Of a stretch of 28,897 bases of DNA, positions 27,200-28,897 are shown one piece after another. A model generated the notes under the pieces. The model did not search any database and was not told where the DNA came from. It saw only the letters and a program-made list of their open reading frames with translations. Where the stretch lies: the NCBI RefSeq assembly GCF_002087085.1, contig NZ_MWQY01000018.1:62001-90897 (forward strand), written 5' to 3'. Positions within the stretch are counted from its first letter, which is position 1. Each line of letters begins with the position of its first letter. A program made the position numbers and the translations under genes.

Positions 27200-28000
27200 T
27201 TATTTTTTGTTTTGAAAGAACTCTTCTATTTCCTTGATTATCTCATTTGGTTTATCGATTTGCATCAGATGATTTGATTCAGGGATCGACCTGAACGTGG
27301 AATTAGGTAAGATCTCATGCAGACGCTTTCCAATTTCCAATGGTATCCAGTTATCATTTTCCCCCCATAATATTCTAATCATATTCCTTATATTACAAAG
27401 TCTATCTTCAATTTCTGCAGTATATTTTTGATCCATCTGAGCTATTTGTCGATAAAAAGCTTTTTTCCCTGATTTTGATAACCACGGCTCAACAAGAAAG
27501 TCTATTTCTTTATCTGTCACTTTTTTATAAATTGCATCTCTAATATAGGCTTGAACCATAGCTTTATGAATATAATCGGGTATTTCATTGAATACACCTT
27601 CATGTTTGTTAACGTGCTTCACAAATGGTGATCCCCATGGAGACAGGGCGACAACGTCAATAAGCATAATTTTTCTGTAATGACAATTATTTAGAATAAT
27701 TGATCGAAGAAGTGTCGCTCCTCCAAAATCATGAGCGACAACATCCGGTTTATCAAGTCCCCAAAAAGTCAGAAGTTCAGACAAGACATTATTCTGAATA
27801 GCAAGAGAAACATCCTCCGCCTTTTCAGAAAGTCCATAGCCCAACAGATCATATGTGTAGATTTCATGCTTATGCTTTACAGCATCTTTTATTTCGGACC
27901 ATTCCTTTGAGGAAAATGGAGTACCATGTATCATCAGCAACGGACTTCCATTTCCGCTTATCTCATAATTAATTTCTCCAAATGAAGATTTAAATATCAT
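27200..28000 (-). CDS. Alpha/beta hydrolase (Asp-nucleophile, epoxide hydrolase/dehalogenase-like)
   Basis: IHGTPFSS, YDLLGYGLS, AHDFGG nucleophile elbow, LWGENDNWIP, HLMQID. Confidence 0.9.
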   Translation of the reverse strand: MIFKSSFGEINYEISGNGSPLLMIHGTPFSSKEWSEIKDAVKHKHEIYTYDLLGYGLSEKAEDVSLAIQNNVLSELLTFWGLDKPDVVAHDFGGATLLRSIILNNCHYRKIMLIDVVALSPWGSPFVKHVNKHEGVFNEIPDYIHKAMVQAYIRDAIYKKVTDKEIDFLVEPWLSKSGKKAFYRQIAQMDQKYTAEIEDRLCNIRNMIRILWGENDNWIPLEIGKRLHEILPNSTFRSIPESNHLMQIDKPNEIIKEIEEFFQNKK

Positions 28001-28078
28001 CTATTCTCCCTTAGCGATATATGGGAAAGAGCATTTCAGATATTGTATTTCATTTTCCTGTTATACAATATACTAAAT

Positions 28079-28471
28079 CTATTCGATAAAAAGTCCTGCT
28101 GCCGCACATAGGAAAACTATTATCAAAATAATCCATGTTAGTATGAACAATATGGCGAAAAACCAGTTCTTCTTTAATTGTACCGGCTCCTGACGGGCCT
28201 TTTTTCTCGACTCAGCCATAATTTCCTCAGGGATGAGTTTGATTGAAAACGTAATCAATACCGGGATGATTATTAGATCATCCAAATAACCAAGAATTGG
28301 AATAAAATCAGGAATAAGGTCAATCGGGCTGAGCGCATAACCAAGAGCGATAATAATCATAACTTTTGGTAACAGTCTTATCTTCGGATTTTGATATGCA
28401 TAGTAAATCGCTGTAATTTCATTCTTCAGACTATCTGTTCTTGTTTTCATTTCTTCGACAATTTTCATCAT
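28079..28471 (-). CDS. YkvA / DUF1232 family membrane protein
   Basis: YALSPIDLIPDFIPILGYLDD signature. Confidence 0.92.
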   Translation of the reverse strand: MMKIVEEMKTRTDSLKNEITAIYYAYQNPKIRLLPKVMIIIALGYALSPIDLIPDFIPILGYLDDLIIIPVLITFSIKLIPEEIMAESRKKARQEPVQLKKNWFFAILFILTWIILIIVFLCAAAGLFIE

Positions 28472-28533
28472 TCTTTACATTATTTAGAATACATCACACT
28501 TATCCAAATACTTTTGATATTGTGAGTCGTCGG

Positions 28534-28884
28534 GATCCCGTCCAAAAATGTTCGCAATTTAGATAACTAAAAGGAGCCACCATTTCCTCCGATGGGTTAA
28601 GTGACCAAACAAAACCATAAGGAGAGTTAACAGTGGCTCCACGTAACAGTACCAAAGATTTCAAGAACCTTCTATCCCAGTTTATCGGTGAATCTGACCC
28701 TCTCTTCGAGATGTTGAAGTGGACAACCGAGCAGCTCATGAAGATTGAGGCTGAAGGCATTGTTGGCGCCGAAAAGGGACAACATTCAGAAAGTCGACGA
28801 ACGTACTTTTCCGGAACTCGAGTACGACGCTTCGATACGCGATTAGCCCGCATTTCTCACAAACCAGCGAGGACCCTGCATTAA
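28534..28884 (+). mobile_element. Left end of an IS256-family element (remnant)
   Basis: Candidate left IR near GATCCCGTCCAAAAATGTTCGCAA (boundary approximate), followed by a structured leader and a truncated transposase. Confidence 0.55.
28633..28884 (+). pseudogene. Truncated IS256-family transposase (N-terminal fragment)
   Basis: LMKIEAEGIVGAEKGQHSESRRTYFSGTRVRRFDTRL matches the IS256 N-terminal pattern; stop after 83 aa (full length is about 400 aa). Confidence 0.75.
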
Positions 28885-28897
28885 ATCAGTATCAGAC

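Noticed and set aside
22033..28500. Integron with attC sites
   Set aside because: No repeated RYYYAAC...GTTRRRY structure found by eye, several genes abut or overlap, and no intI is in the window; a covariance search is still needed to exclude it.
28847..28897. Right inverted repeat of the IS256 element
   Set aside because: Only weak similarity (GGAC core) to the reverse complement of the left end.
1..28897. CRISPR array, tRNA, rRNA, toxin-antitoxin or phage-defence genes
   Set aside because: No spaced direct repeats, cloverleaf patterns or recognisable defence motifs seen.

Overview
Bacterial chromosomal window, probably from a free-living spirochaete (inferred from a hairpin-less BesA-type efflux adaptor and the signal-peptide style; not proven). 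The GC-rich left part (1-~21.9 kb) holds: a chelatase-type AAA+ ATPase (ChlI/ChlD-like, starts before base 1) whose VWA half lies in the -1 frame behind an A9 slippery run and a hairpin; arfB; an 86-bp MITE-like element; an operon of tandem-TetR regulator, TolC, MFP, RND pump and a PII-like protein; a tRNA-dihydrouridine synthase; a membrane protein; a PAS-PAS-GGDEF(degenerate)-EAL protein; a YgiQ radical SAM enzyme; a cupin; a sugar epimerase with GntR and TRAP dctPQM; a beta-carbonic anhydrase; and a secreted unknown protein with a flavinylation-like motif under a strong Fur-box match. The right part (~22-28.9 kb) is an increasingly AT-rich array of small, mostly minus-strand accessory genes (GNAT, DHFR-like, SRPBCC, SDR, DUF1905/YdeI, DinB, DUF1330-GNAT fusion, VOC, alpha/beta hydrolase, DUF1232) ending in a truncated IS256-family element. 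No rRNA, tRNA or CRISPR array was seen. All product calls come from motif recognition by eye, not database searches.
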